Source: a virus
DNA: 64,000 bases
Virus record (IMG/VR): IMGVR_UViG_3300003690_003472
Coordinates: 1-64,000 of that record
Direction: 5' to 3' (one strand)
Shown: in pieces, positions 1 to 8,830 of the stretch
How the letters are laid out: each line of letters begins with the position of its first letter
Numbering within the stretch: position 1 is the first letter of the stretch
Position numbers and translations under genes: made by a program
The notes under the pieces: generated by a model
Database searches by the model: none
Told to the model about the DNA's origin: nothing
Seen by the model: the letters and a program-made list of their open reading frames with translations, nothing else

Positions 1-207
1 CTTATATATGCTCGGGGTCGGGAAGATTTATTACGGTTTATGAAGGATGGAAAAATCACACCTGAAACATTTAATCAAATTTATAATAATGTCCTCAACA
101 TGCGTGATGCCAAGGAATCGTTCGGAGCTGGAAGTGAAGAGCCTGTTGAAGACATTGCACACTTGTTTGAAAGCTGGAGGACATATTTAAATGAAACTCT
201 TATTTGA
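1..207 (+). CDS. 3' end of an upstream gene (partial), ending ...HLFESWRTYLNETLI*
   Basis: Frame 1 is open from base 1 to TGA at 205-207 (translated by hand). It overlaps the next gene. Not in the ORF track because it has no start in the window. Confidence 0.8.
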   Translation, partial: LIYARGREDLLRFMKDGKITPETFNQIYNNVLNMRDAKESFGAGSEEPVEDIAHLFESWRTYLNETLI

Positions 208-1897
208 AAATTGGCGAAAATATATAAAAGAAGATGTAATTGATTTAGCTTCTCGTAGAAAAAGCAAAGAAAAAGAATTTGTTTTTAGCGAAGTTGAACT
301 TAATAAACTTAATAATTCAATCACTACAATTGTAGAAGCAGCCAAAGAAGTTCTTGGTGCTGATGGTGAAACTCCTTATTTTTCTCCAGAATCTTTAGAA
401 AAATTTGAATTAGCGGAACCACTAAGAATGGTTGCAGAAGAAACAGAAGAAGAACTTGGAATTACACCATTTCAATCATCACAAGCCTCACCCGAACAAA
501 TAGCCCTTAGAAAGCAATATTATGGCCCCGAAGGTGAATTAACTAAACGCGGCCCAAAAGCAGTTAAAGACTTGGAAAAAGGCCTAGGCCAGATGTCCGC
601 AGAAGAATTTGAAGAAGCTGGATATGTCATTAAAGTTCCAGAAAACGTTTTAGGAGATTTTCGTTCTTTAGTTGAAAGTACAAAAGAGACTGCTGGATTG
701 TACGAAGAAGCCAAAGATTGGTATCACAACATTCGTGGATTGCTCGATAGAGAGACAGAGAACGACCGTGACGCCGCTTTATTGGGTCTTCTGATTGCTA
801 CCTACTCTCCGCGTGCAAAGTTCGCTCTAAACCTCGCTGAAGCCGTCTTTATGTATAAAGCCATACAAAGAGATGCTCAAGAAAATCCGGAACGTCTTAA
901 ACAATATCTTGAAATGTTCCCAGGCGCAGAAAAAAGAGAACCTGGAGAATTCAGAGGTTTTACGGGTGCTCATAAAGTTCCCAACTTTTCTTTGAATCTT
1001 ATTGCTCCTAATTTAGCTGGCGAAAGAGATGAGTTTGGAGACATAGCTTACAACGATCTTTATGAGTGGAATTCCACAATTGATACTTGGATGATTGATG
1101 CTTTTTATCCCTCTCTCCGAAGAGCCTCTACAGCAAAAGAGTGGGATGCAACTAAAGGTAAATTAATGTCTAATGTGGTTTCTTATCGATATATGGCAAG
1201 ATTAGTGGCACAAGAGGCTAAAAAATTAAATATATTACCTCATGAACTTCAAGCTTTAATTTGGGTTGCTTCACAAATTCGCCAAACTGGTGAAAAAGGT
1301 TTAGGTGTAACTACACAATTTGCTTATAATCAGATTAGAGAGTCCATCACAAATATTGCCGAGATTAATAATGATTTAGCAGTTCTTAAGAGTTTAGAAG
1401 AAGAAGATTGGCTTGGAACAATTATAGGAACAATTGATGATAAAGGATTTGAAGAGGCTGCTAAATATCTTTTAGGTATAAAAGATGAAAAAGGAAAAAT
1501 AACCACACCAGGAATTAGAAGCATTACTGCTAGTGGCAAAAAAGGAAGTGCCTTTGAATATTTTCCTGCACCGGAGAAGATTCAAAAGCCAAAAACACCC
1601 AAAGATCTAAAAGTTAAAGGACCGGCAAAAGAAAAAGCAATGAAATCACATCAAGATCCACAATACGGTGATTTAAATGCTCATTATGTAATGAACAATG
1701 TTATTCAAATGCCAGCTGGTAAATTTAATAATCTATATGACTCAGTTACTATGTATTTAGATCCTGAATTCTCCACAGATAAAGCAGTTGAACATATTTT
1801 AGGGAAATTCGATCCTGAAGCAAAAGCTTCAAAAGATTATTTTACTGAAAATTTAAAGCGGTTTAAAATTACAATAACAAGAAAAACAACTATTTAA
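191..1897 (+). CDS. Putative virion internal protein with a central HhH-GPD/DNA-glycosylase-like domain
   Basis: N-terminal MKLLFENWRKYIKE motif. Core DWY...ATYSPR...N..EA, KVPNFSLNL...STIDTWM and Y...A...NILPHELQALIWV recall the HhH-like domain of phage polyvalent proteins. Confidence 0.5.
   Translation: MKLLFENWRKYIKEDVIDLASRRKSKEKEFVFSEVELNKLNNSITTIVEAAKEVLGADGETPYFSPESLEKFELAEPLRMVAEETEEELGITPFQSSQASPEQIALRKQYYGPEGELTKRGPKAVKDLEKGLGQMSAEEFEEAGYVIKVPENVLGDFRSLVESTKETAGLYEEAKDWYHNIRGLLDRETENDRDAALLGLLIATYSPRAKFALNLAEAVFMYKAIQRDAQENPERLKQYLEMFPGAEKREPGEFRGFTGAHKVPNFSLNLIAPNLAGERDEFGDIAYNDLYEWNSTIDTWMIDAFYPSLRRASTAKEWDATKGKLMSNVVSYRYMARLVAQEAKKLNILPHELQALIWVASQIRQTGEKGLGVTTQFAYNQIRESITNIAEINNDLAVLKSLEEEDWLGTIIGTIDDKGFEEAAKYLLGIKDEKGKITTPGIRSITASGKKGSAFEYFPAPEKIQKPKTPKDLKVKGPAKEKAMKSHQDPQYGDLNAHYVMNNVIQMPAGKFNNLYDSVTMYLDPEFSTDKAVEHILGKFDPEAKASKDYFTENLKRFKITITRKTTI
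1889..1897 (+). promoter_or_regulatory. Putative phage late promoter motif ACTATTTAA
   Basis: One-base variant of the recurring ACTATTTAT, 6 nt before ATG 1904, with no obvious SD. Confidence 0.4.
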
Positions 1898-1903
1898 TAC
1901 ATA

Positions 1904-4411
1904 ATGCACTATAAGATTAATAACAACACTTCACACGATTTGTCACAACTCGAAGGTTTTGCAAATCAACTTCTTCCTTTTGCACAAAAACGTATAGGAT
2001 TTAATAGACCTCCTGTAATTAATTTTGATTCGAATCAGGAAAATTCTCTAAATCCTCTTGGAAAAACTGGACACTATGATCCTCAAAATATGGAGATAGT
2101 TATTTTTGTGGATGGTAGACACATTAAAGACGTTTTGCGCTCCTTGGCTCATGAATTAGTACATCATGGCCAAAATTGTCGTGGAGAGTTTAATCAACCT
2201 GTTTCCACTGAATTGGGATATGCACAAAATAACAAATTTCTAAGGGGTATGGAAGAAGAAGCATATAAAGTTGGAAATTTATGTTTCAGAGATTGGGAAG
2301 ATGAAATAAAAATAAAGAATAAGCAATTACATGAAACTATTTATAAAGAAACCATTTCTGAAGGAGAAGAAAATATGTCTGATAAATCCACAAAAGAATG
2401 GAAAGATCTGGAACTTAATGACTTATTAATGAGCAGATGGGGCTATGGTACACCCAAAAATCAAGAACAGGTAAATGAAGGGGTACCGATGACCATAGTT
2501 AACGATTATCAAACAGGTCAAAAAGTGCTTGATGAAGACACTGAAGATGATGAAGATGATAAAAAAGATCTAGATGAAGACGTTGAACCTACCAGCGAAT
2601 TGCACGAAGATCCTCAAAGCGTAGAAGTTCGTGAAGAAACGGTAGATAAAAAATATCCTGTGAGAGAAAAATTAGAATATAGTGATAGACTAGTCGCAGA
2701 AAAACTTCATAATAAAGACCCTTATTCTCTTTTCGATAGTTGGACCAATAAAAACGAAAAAGACCCTTTTTTTTTAAGTGAAAACGTTTTTTCTGAAGAG
2801 CCCGGGCCAGAACCAGAGACTGAACCCGAACCCGAACCTGAGCCTGAAGAGGGACAAGAAGAAGCAAAAGAAACATTAAAACAATTAGCTGCTGGTACTG
2901 GTGAAGCATTTGATGCATTAAAAAAGTATTTAGAAGCATTTTTAGCAACCTTAGCTGCAGGACAACAAATAAAAGATCCCAGAAAAAGTATTCAAAAAAT
3001 GCTTAGCACAGGAATGGAAGACATGAAAAGAGTTTTCCGCCAAGCTTATGGTGCTGTATCAAAGGCGCCAGAAACACTAAAAGAATCTGACATTATATCA
3101 ATTAATATATCTGCTATACTTTGGGAAAGAGCAACAAGACTTTTATCTAAAGATAAAGAATCATATATATTAAACGAAGGGGTTCGAGAGAAAGTTGGAG
3201 GATGGATCGCAAAAAAAGGAGCAGAGTGGCTTGGAAGAACTGGAAGAGCGACTTCCAAAGGAGGCAAAGAAGGCACAAAAATTAAGGTACCATTTAAGGG
3301 AAGGTCTATAAAAGATCTTAGAGGTCTCGCCAAAACAAAAGGAATTAAAGGTGCAGGCAAAATGAATAAGGCTGATCTAATTAAAGCCCTTCAAAAAACA
3401 AAGCGACTAAAGCCGACAAAGGCAAAACCAAAAGCGAAACCAAAAGCGAAACCAAAAGCGAAACCAAAGGCAAAGGCAAAAGCAAAACCAAAGGCAAAAC
3501 CAAAGGCAAAAGTAAAACCAAAGGCAAAAGCAAAACCAAAAACTCCACCGCCGCCCGGAATGGTTCGAAAAATTGCTGGTTGGTGTAAGGGCAACCCCGG
3601 AAAATGCGCGCTGCTAGGATTTGCAGGATACGATGTTACATTCGGAAAAGGTATTATTCCTGGAGCCGTCAGTTCTCTTTTCGGAGATGAAGCTGAAGGC
3701 GGCCCACTTGGAAAATTGCCTGATAAAGATTTAGCTACTTTATGCAAAGGTGGTAACCAAGAGGCTTGTGATACTTTAAGAAAAAGACAAGAAGGCGGTG
3801 CAACTGAAGCACCTCCTCCGATTCCAACCGAAGATACTCCAGGTACCGAGACTCCCGGAGGAGAACCGGGAGAAAAGCCAAGACGCTTCTTGGGAATGTC
3901 GGCTAAATGGTTAGAAAAACGCGGCTGGCGGTGGATTGGTGGAGATTTTGCAAAACCGAATCGACCTGATTATTGGCTTTCGCGCGATCATTGTCGTGGC
4001 GTAAAATATTGTAAAGGATATAAAGGATCGAAGTCAGCGGCAAGAAAAACAGTAAAAAGTTCAGAACTTCCATCTGGTGAAGCCGTAGCACAACAATTAG
4101 GTTCTCCAAAGGGAAGGGAGCAGCGCGATTATGCACTAACTGGAGTTGCAACGAACCCAGAACAGGTTGAGTGGATTAGGGGCGCCGGTGATCAATTGCC
4201 GCGATTTATAGATCTAGTCAATAAGGGAAAGTTAAAACTTGGTCCAAAATGGACCCCCGCAGACGTAAAAAAGGTACCAGGCCTTAAGCCTTCTGCGATG
4301 CCACAAAAAAATCCAAGTGAAACCCCCATGGCACGCGCCAGTCGCAAACAAGCAGAAAAAAAGCGCCAAGAAGATAAATTAGCAGCTGAAAAAGAGCAAT
4401 GGAAACAATAA
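1904..4411 (+). CDS. Mosaic protein: N-terminal zincin-like metallopeptidase domain, acidic linker, Rho-N-like motif, PKAK repeat and variable C-terminus
   Basis: RHIKDVLRSLAHELVHHGQ (HExxH) with a downstream E in MEEEAY. SIKDLRGLAKTKGIKGAGKMNKADLIKAL is Rho-N/HEH-like. Pro-Lys-Ala-Lys repeats follow. Confidence 0.6.
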   Translation: MHYKINNNTSHDLSQLEGFANQLLPFAQKRIGFNRPPVINFDSNQENSLNPLGKTGHYDPQNMEIVIFVDGRHIKDVLRSLAHELVHHGQNCRGEFNQPVSTELGYAQNNKFLRGMEEEAYKVGNLCFRDWEDEIKIKNKQLHETIYKETISEGEENMSDKSTKEWKDLELNDLLMSRWGYGTPKNQEQVNEGVPMTIVNDYQTGQKVLDEDTEDDEDDKKDLDEDVEPTSELHEDPQSVEVREETVDKKYPVREKLEYSDRLVAEKLHNKDPYSLFDSWTNKNEKDPFFLSENVFSEEPGPEPETEPEPEPEPEEGQEEAKETLKQLAAGTGEAFDALKKYLEAFLATLAAGQQIKDPRKSIQKMLSTGMEDMKRVFRQAYGAVSKAPETLKESDIISINISAILWERATRLLSKDKESYILNEGVREKVGGWIAKKGAEWLGRTGRATSKGGKEGTKIKVPFKGRSIKDLRGLAKTKGIKGAGKMNKADLIKALQKTKRLKPTKAKPKAKPKAKPKAKPKAKAKAKPKAKPKAKVKPKAKAKPKTPPPPGMVRKIAGWCKGNPGKCALLGFAGYDVTFGKGIIPGAVSSLFGDEAEGGPLGKLPDKDLATLCKGGNQEACDTLRKRQEGGATEAPPPIPTEDTPGTETPGGEPGEKPRRFLGMSAKWLEKRGWRWIGGDFAKPNRPDYWLSRDHCRGVKYCKGYKGSKSAARKTVKSSELPSGEAVAQQLGSPKGREQRDYALTGVATNPEQVEWIRGAGDQLPRFIDLVNKGKLKLGPKWTPADVKKVPGLKPSAMPQKNPSETPMARASRKQAEKKRQEDKLAAEKEQWKQ
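2336..2344 (+). promoter_or_regulatory. Putative late promoter ACTATTTAT inside the 835-aa ORF, followed by SD AAGGAG (2361-2366) and in-frame ATG 2375
   Basis: Exact motif copy, SD and in-frame ATG, all read directly from the sequence. Confidence 0.5.
2798..2850 (+). repeat. Coding Glu-Pro low-complexity repeat (EPGPEPETEPEPEPEPEE)
   Basis: Degenerate 6-bp gaacc(c/t/a) units. Confidence 0.8.
3413..3541 (+). repeat. Coding PKAK tandem repeat (histone H1-like), 12-bp unit
   Basis: Three exact copies of ccaaaagcgaaa at 3428-3463, followed by degenerate copies. Confidence 0.9.
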
Positions 4412-4412
4412 T

Positions 4413-5321
4413 ATGAATAAAGTGGAAAAAATAATATTACTTGAAGCTATAAAAGACGTACAACACTATGATAAAGAAATACAACATTTTTTAAAAGAGA
4501 TAGTGGAAAGTAAAGATGAAAAACTTTTACAAGAGTGGGCATTTGTTCTTCCGCTCCTAGGAGCGCTAGGTAATATTGGCTTCGCTACTATTGCGTCTGA
4601 TGCAATAGGAATAACGAACAATATGTATGATAAATTAGTAAAATATGTTGATCCATATCATTATGGGCTAGAATCAGCTAAAACACTATTAAATACTGTT
4701 GGAGTTGATAAACCAGATTTTCTTGGAGGTGGAGACTGGGGTACTCAATTTTTTGGTAAAGACCCAAATGCGGCCGAGCCTGGATGGCTTGTAAATTTAG
4801 TAAAAGGCTATTCTGGCGATAAAGAACCAGAAGAACTATTACAACAAGCTGACGAAATGACAAAAAAGGAAAGCAAACAAGTACTTAAGAAAATGTCACC
4901 TGAAAAAAGAAGGGAGGTACTTAAAAGAGAACATGGGTGGAATGATGATGATATAGATGCATGGGAAGCAGAAAACCTTAGTGAAGAAGAAGATCCGGGC
5001 ACAGGAGTTGGCGACGAAGCAGCCTCTCAAATTGCTTTAGAAAGCGCAGCTGAAGAGGTCTCCGGTGCCGAAACGCTTGACACAGATGCAGATGAAAGAT
5101 TTAAACATGTTAGAGGAGATCCCAAATTAGCAAACGCGCTGAAAACGATTCTTAGTCTTGAATCACAAGGAGTATCGCTTGATAAAGCACTAATTCAATT
5201 AAAAGATATTTTGATTTCTGGAGGACAATCAGAGGGCGCACCCACAGCTGCGCTCGAAGAGATTAAAAGTCAAGGAAGCGCCACTGAACTTTATCAGGAA
5301 GACGAAGAAGGTATTGTTTAA
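4413..5321 (+). CDS. Hypothetical acidic protein, likely virion-associated
   Basis: 302-aa ORF with IILLE and LLQE motifs. A hydrophobic stretch WAFVLPLLGALGNIGFATIA follows LLQE. Confidence 0.6.
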   Translation: MNKVEKIILLEAIKDVQHYDKEIQHFLKEIVESKDEKLLQEWAFVLPLLGALGNIGFATIASDAIGITNNMYDKLVKYVDPYHYGLESAKTLLNTVGVDKPDFLGGGDWGTQFFGKDPNAAEPGWLVNLVKGYSGDKEPEELLQQADEMTKKESKQVLKKMSPEKRREVLKREHGWNDDDIDAWEAENLSEEEDPGTGVGDEAASQIALESAAEEVSGAETLDTDADERFKHVRGDPKLANALKTILSLESQGVSLDKALIQLKDILISGGQSEGAPTAALEEIKSQGSATELYQEDEEGIV

Positions 5322-5323
5322 TA

Positions 5324-7372
5324 GTGGGCACTCCGGGACATATGCAACACCCGTTCGACGTTTCTACAGTTGAAACAGGACAAGATTTAATAAATTACTT
5401 TGTAAATATCGCAGAACACCTTAAAACTAATCCAGCTAGCGTTAAATTCGATGGTATTAATGTAAGTTTCAAATTAGTAGACGACGAGACGAAACCTAGT
5501 GGAAAAGACTTTAGGATGGATCGAGGTACCTCTCACAAAGAATCTGTTATCGGTATGACAGCACAAGATGCATATAATAAATGGCCAGAAGGCCATGGCA
5601 TGCCCGGGGCGATTGAAAAGCTTTTAATTATTTTTAATCAGGCAATTCCCCTAATAGAACCAGAATTAAAAGAATTGGGAATGTGGGATGACCCTACTAA
5701 ATTTTTTAATACTGAATATATGAAAAAGGGGCGCACAAACGTTGTTGAATATCCTGAAAACATATTAGCAATTCATGGAATTAATCAATTTTACGAAAAA
5801 CAAGCACAACCTTTTAGGGTAAAAAAAAGAGAATCAATTAATCGACCCGGCCTGGCTAGACCAGCAGATCCAGAAACAGGAAAACCAATAAAAGCAACTG
5901 CAATAGAAATAGATTATAATAGAAACATTCTTAATTCTTTAGTAGAAAAAGTTCAATCGATTGCAAAAGAAAATGATTTTAGTTTAGTTGGCGACGTACC
6001 AACCAACTTAGTAGCAGATATTGATTTCACCAAAACACTTAATACTCCATTTACAATACAAATGACAGAAACAGAAGAGGAAATACACCCCTTAAAAAAT
6101 TGGCTAGCTGGAGTGGTTAACCCAAGAGAAAGTAAGGTAATAAAATCAGATGGCTCACAAGCTTGGGCAATAAGTAAAGACATATATATGGCAGTCCTTA
6201 ACAAGATTCCACTGATAGAGTACTTAGAATCTCCAGAAGACGTAAAAATGGCCGTTAACGGCGTTATATTCAATCAGGCGACCCGCGAGTTGGGTAATGA
6301 CATTAAACGCGCCCTAGATAGCTCTAAAGGCTCCGTAGAGGGTCATGAAGGAATTGTTATCAGAGGACTAGAAGATCGCCCTGTAAAAGTAACAGGAGAT
6401 TTTATTGTACAGGGGCTAGAAACAACATTTAGAGAGAACGTAATCAAGGAACAAGAAGAGACAGAAGATGAAATCGATTTTAAAATAGAAGACGAAGAGG
6501 TAGAAAAAACAAATATTGCTGTTTATCCTGGTAGATTTCAACCAATGGGACAGCATCATTCTGAAGTTTTCAAACAACTTGATACAGATGAAAGTTTTGA
6601 TAAAGTTTATGTAGCTACTGCTGATAAAATAGATTTTACTGATGGAGATGGTGTGCCTAAATCTCCTTTTAACTTTGAAGAGAAAAAACAAATAATGATA
6701 CAACACGGAATTCCAGAGGAACAAATTATTAAAGTTAAAAATCCTTATAATGCGGTTGAAATATTACAAAACTATGAACCTGGAACAGTTTCTATTACAT
6801 ATTTTGTTGGCGCAAAAGATATGCAAGAAAATCCTCGTTTCCAAAAAACTGGGGGCACAACCAAGGATGGTTATGATTGGACAATTGAAGTTGCACCTCA
6901 TGTCTCAATTGACATTCCGGAAGTTGGAGAAATGTCAGGCACAAACATTCGAAAAGCTTTAAAAAATTCTGAGCCTGAAAGCTTTGAAAGCATAATGGGC
7001 TGGTATGATCCATTAATTTATGATCTTATTAAAAATAAACTTTCTGGTAGAGATAAAGAACTACAGGAGGATTTTCAGCTTCCGCTGGGTATCTTTCTGC
7101 GGCTGATAGAACAACATATTGATGAAGCCCCTTTGTCACAAATGTATGGTAGTTGGGTTGGAAATTTATCTCGCATTACACCTCGTGGTACTGAATTAGA
7201 AGAGGAAGAAATACTAGATGAAGATGATATTATTGAAGAAGAGGAAGAACTAGAAGAAATTTCTGCCATGGCATCCGGCGCCGCGGAAATAGCCGCTGGA
7301 AATAGAGATTATAAAGAAGGGTTAATTAGAGAAATTGAGAACTATTTATTTAGCATACTAGGAGCTAATTAA
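5324..7372 (+). CDS. Fusion of an RNA-ligase-like covalent nucleotidyltransferase domain and an NMNAT/cytidylyltransferase-like domain
   Basis: Ligase motifs SVKFDG (I), FFNTEY (III), HEGIVIRG (IV) and PVKVTGDF (V). Rossmann-like YPGRFQPMGQHH and SGTNIRKAL in the second half. GTG start. Confidence 0.65.
   Translation: MGTPGHMQHPFDVSTVETGQDLINYFVNIAEHLKTNPASVKFDGINVSFKLVDDETKPSGKDFRMDRGTSHKESVIGMTAQDAYNKWPEGHGMPGAIEKLLIIFNQAIPLIEPELKELGMWDDPTKFFNTEYMKKGRTNVVEYPENILAIHGINQFYEKQAQPFRVKKRESINRPGLARPADPETGKPIKATAIEIDYNRNILNSLVEKVQSIAKENDFSLVGDVPTNLVADIDFTKTLNTPFTIQMTETEEEIHPLKNWLAGVVNPRESKVIKSDGSQAWAISKDIYMAVLNKIPLIEYLESPEDVKMAVNGVIFNQATRELGNDIKRALDSSKGSVEGHEGIVIRGLEDRPVKVTGDFIVQGLETTFRENVIKEQEETEDEIDFKIEDEEVEKTNIAVYPGRFQPMGQHHSEVFKQLDTDESFDKVYVATADKIDFTDGDGVPKSPFNFEEKKQIMIQHGIPEEQIIKVKNPYNAVEILQNYEPGTVSITYFVGAKDMQENPRFQKTGGTTKDGYDWTIEVAPHVSIDIPEVGEMSGTNIRKALKNSEPESFESIMGWYDPLIYDLIKNKLSGRDKELQEDFQLPLGIFLRLIEQHIDEAPLSQMYGSWVGNLSRITPRGTELEEEEILDEDDIIEEEEELEEISAMASGAAEIAAGNRDYKEGLIREIENYLFSILGAN
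7341..7349 (+). promoter_or_regulatory. Putative late promoter ACTATTTAT
   Basis: Exact motif 22 nt before ATG 7372. SD AGGAG at 7360-7364. Confidence 0.5.
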
Positions 7373-8169
7373 TGAACTTACAAGAACAAAAATTAAGAAA
7401 ACTAATTAGAAAAGGCATTGGTATTATTTTAGAACGAAAAAAACAACAAACACTAGAAGAGCGAAGATTACGCAAAGTTATTCGTAATATGATATCAGAG
7501 GTTGAAAGAAAAACAACTGTAGCGGATAAGGTAATACACAAGAATACAGGAATTAATGTATTAGACGATCTTTTGAAAAGAACCATTAGCCAAATAGAAG
7601 ATGCCTATACAAATCTTTCTACAAACAACAAACAAAGAAAATCTTTTAGATATCATTTTTTATATAATTTTAAAAACGCACTGGCGCCCGTTGATGCCAA
7701 CAGAACAGCTCCAATTGCAGATGAAACACTTTTAAGCGAACAAGATTTCACAGTTAAAATTGAGGACGATGATGATATTACGAGCGCCCCAGATGCAACG
7801 AAATTTATCCCCGCTAGAGCTAAAGATATTGATGATGCAAAAGAAAAAGCTGCAACCGACGCTGAAGTTGAAGAAGAAGGTGAATTTATTAAACTAGACA
7901 CCGATGATCCTGATGTAAGACAGGGAGCAGAAGAGGCAGAAAAAGCCTGGCGAGATGTACAAAATCAAATTGTTAGTGCATATGAAAGATTAATTAATCC
8001 TGACGATGCTGCAGCATTTAAGGATTGGGGTTTAACTAATTTAAAATTATATTTTGATAAATTTGAAAATGAAATGTCTGATAAAATAAAAGCAGAGCCA
8101 GAAAGTCCAGATTACCCTCCAGCAGAAGGAGGTGAAGAACCTGCTGAAGAAGAAACTTTTGAAGTTTAA
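7372..8169 (+). CDS. Hypothetical acidic protein, probable head-core protein
   Basis: 265 aa with repeated LQE/ILE/LEE/ISE/LSE motifs near the N-terminus. Confidence 0.6.
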   Translation: MNLQEQKLRKLIRKGIGIILERKKQQTLEERRLRKVIRNMISEVERKTTVADKVIHKNTGINVLDDLLKRTISQIEDAYTNLSTNNKQRKSFRYHFLYNFKNALAPVDANRTAPIADETLLSEQDFTVKIEDDDDITSAPDATKFIPARAKDIDDAKEKAATDAEVEEEGEFIKLDTDDPDVRQGAEEAEKAWRDVQNQIVSAYERLINPDDAAAFKDWGLTNLKLYFDKFENEMSDKIKAEPESPDYPPAEGGEEPAEEETFEV

Positions 8170-8239
8170 TATATTATATAATAACAATAATTCATAAATT
8201 ACTATTTGATTGTATCATATATTAGAAGATATTTTTAAT

Positions 8240-8599
8240 ATGTCATGGAAAAAGAAAAAAAGACTCTCAGGTAAAAACGCTCACTATAGTGTTTCTAAAA
8301 AATTAAGAAAAGAAAGTAAATCTAGTGAAGAATTTGAGTTAATGCTTAATAATTTATCCTTAGAAGATGTAATTGCCCTTAAATTAGAGCTAGCCACAAA
8401 GCCATTTGGTGGTAAGTGTTATGGAATTCCTTTATGGTATTCTACTAGAGAAATTGTACAAGATGCTCTTATTAAAACAGCATTATCAGTTTGTAGATCT
8501 AAAAGAGAATCTGCCAGATTTTTAGGTCTTATCCCACAAGACTTTCGAAAACTACTTAAAAAATATCAGACTGAAAGCTTTTTTGAAGAAAGTGATTAA
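8240..8599 (+). CDS. Fis-type helix-turn-helix DNA-binding protein
   Basis: C-terminal ALIKTALSVCRSKRESARFLGLIPQDFRKLLKKY matches the Fis/NtrC HTH_8 pattern. ATG 8240 preferred over TTG 8210. Confidence 0.65.
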   Translation: MSWKKKKRLSGKNAHYSVSKKLRKESKSSEEFELMLNNLSLEDVIALKLELATKPFGGKCYGIPLWYSTREIVQDALIKTALSVCRSKRESARFLGLIPQDFRKLLKKYQTESFFEESD

Positions 8600-8605
8600 A
8601 TTAGT

Positions 8606-8634
8606 TTGACAATTTAACTACAATGAGATATACT
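8606..8634 (+). promoter_or_regulatory. Sigma70-type promoter TTGACA-N17-TATACT
   Basis: TTGACA at 8606-8611, 17-nt spacer, TATACT at 8629-8634, in non-coding DNA upstream of the tmRNA. Confidence 0.85.
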
Positions 8635-8640
8635 TACGTT

Positions 8641-8830
8641 TAGAGTCTTAGTGACTTTGAGTGTTTAATAAAAGGATGAATATTCTAGGCTATGAGGGTG
8701 CTAAACTAGAACGTATATATTGGAAATTAATTCTTCAATGACTCTCCTGAAGAGAAAAACTTATTGTTATTCAGTTAAAAGGAGTCTAGCTTTGTTGGTG
8801 TGAAAAATCAACACCCTTCATAGCACTTTT
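8641..8830 (+). ncRNA. Candidate structured RNA or long tmRNA leader
   Basis: GCTATGA-GGGTG (8689-8700) pairs with CACCC-T-TCATAGC (8812-8824). Nested helices at 8706-8710/8785-8789 and 8731-8737/8748-8754. No long ORF. Confidence 0.35.

Noticed and set aside
2767-2775. T9 homopolymer as a phase-variation or slippage site
   Set aside because: The frame is intact, and such runs are expected in an AT-rich genome. No supporting evidence.
8747-8810. Hammerhead ribozyme core (CUGAAGA ... GAAA) or TPP-riboswitch-like GGGUG...ACCC in the tmRNA leader
   Set aside because: No stem II closing on CGAAA with correct geometry, and the TPP element spacing and downstream P4/P5 motifs are missing.
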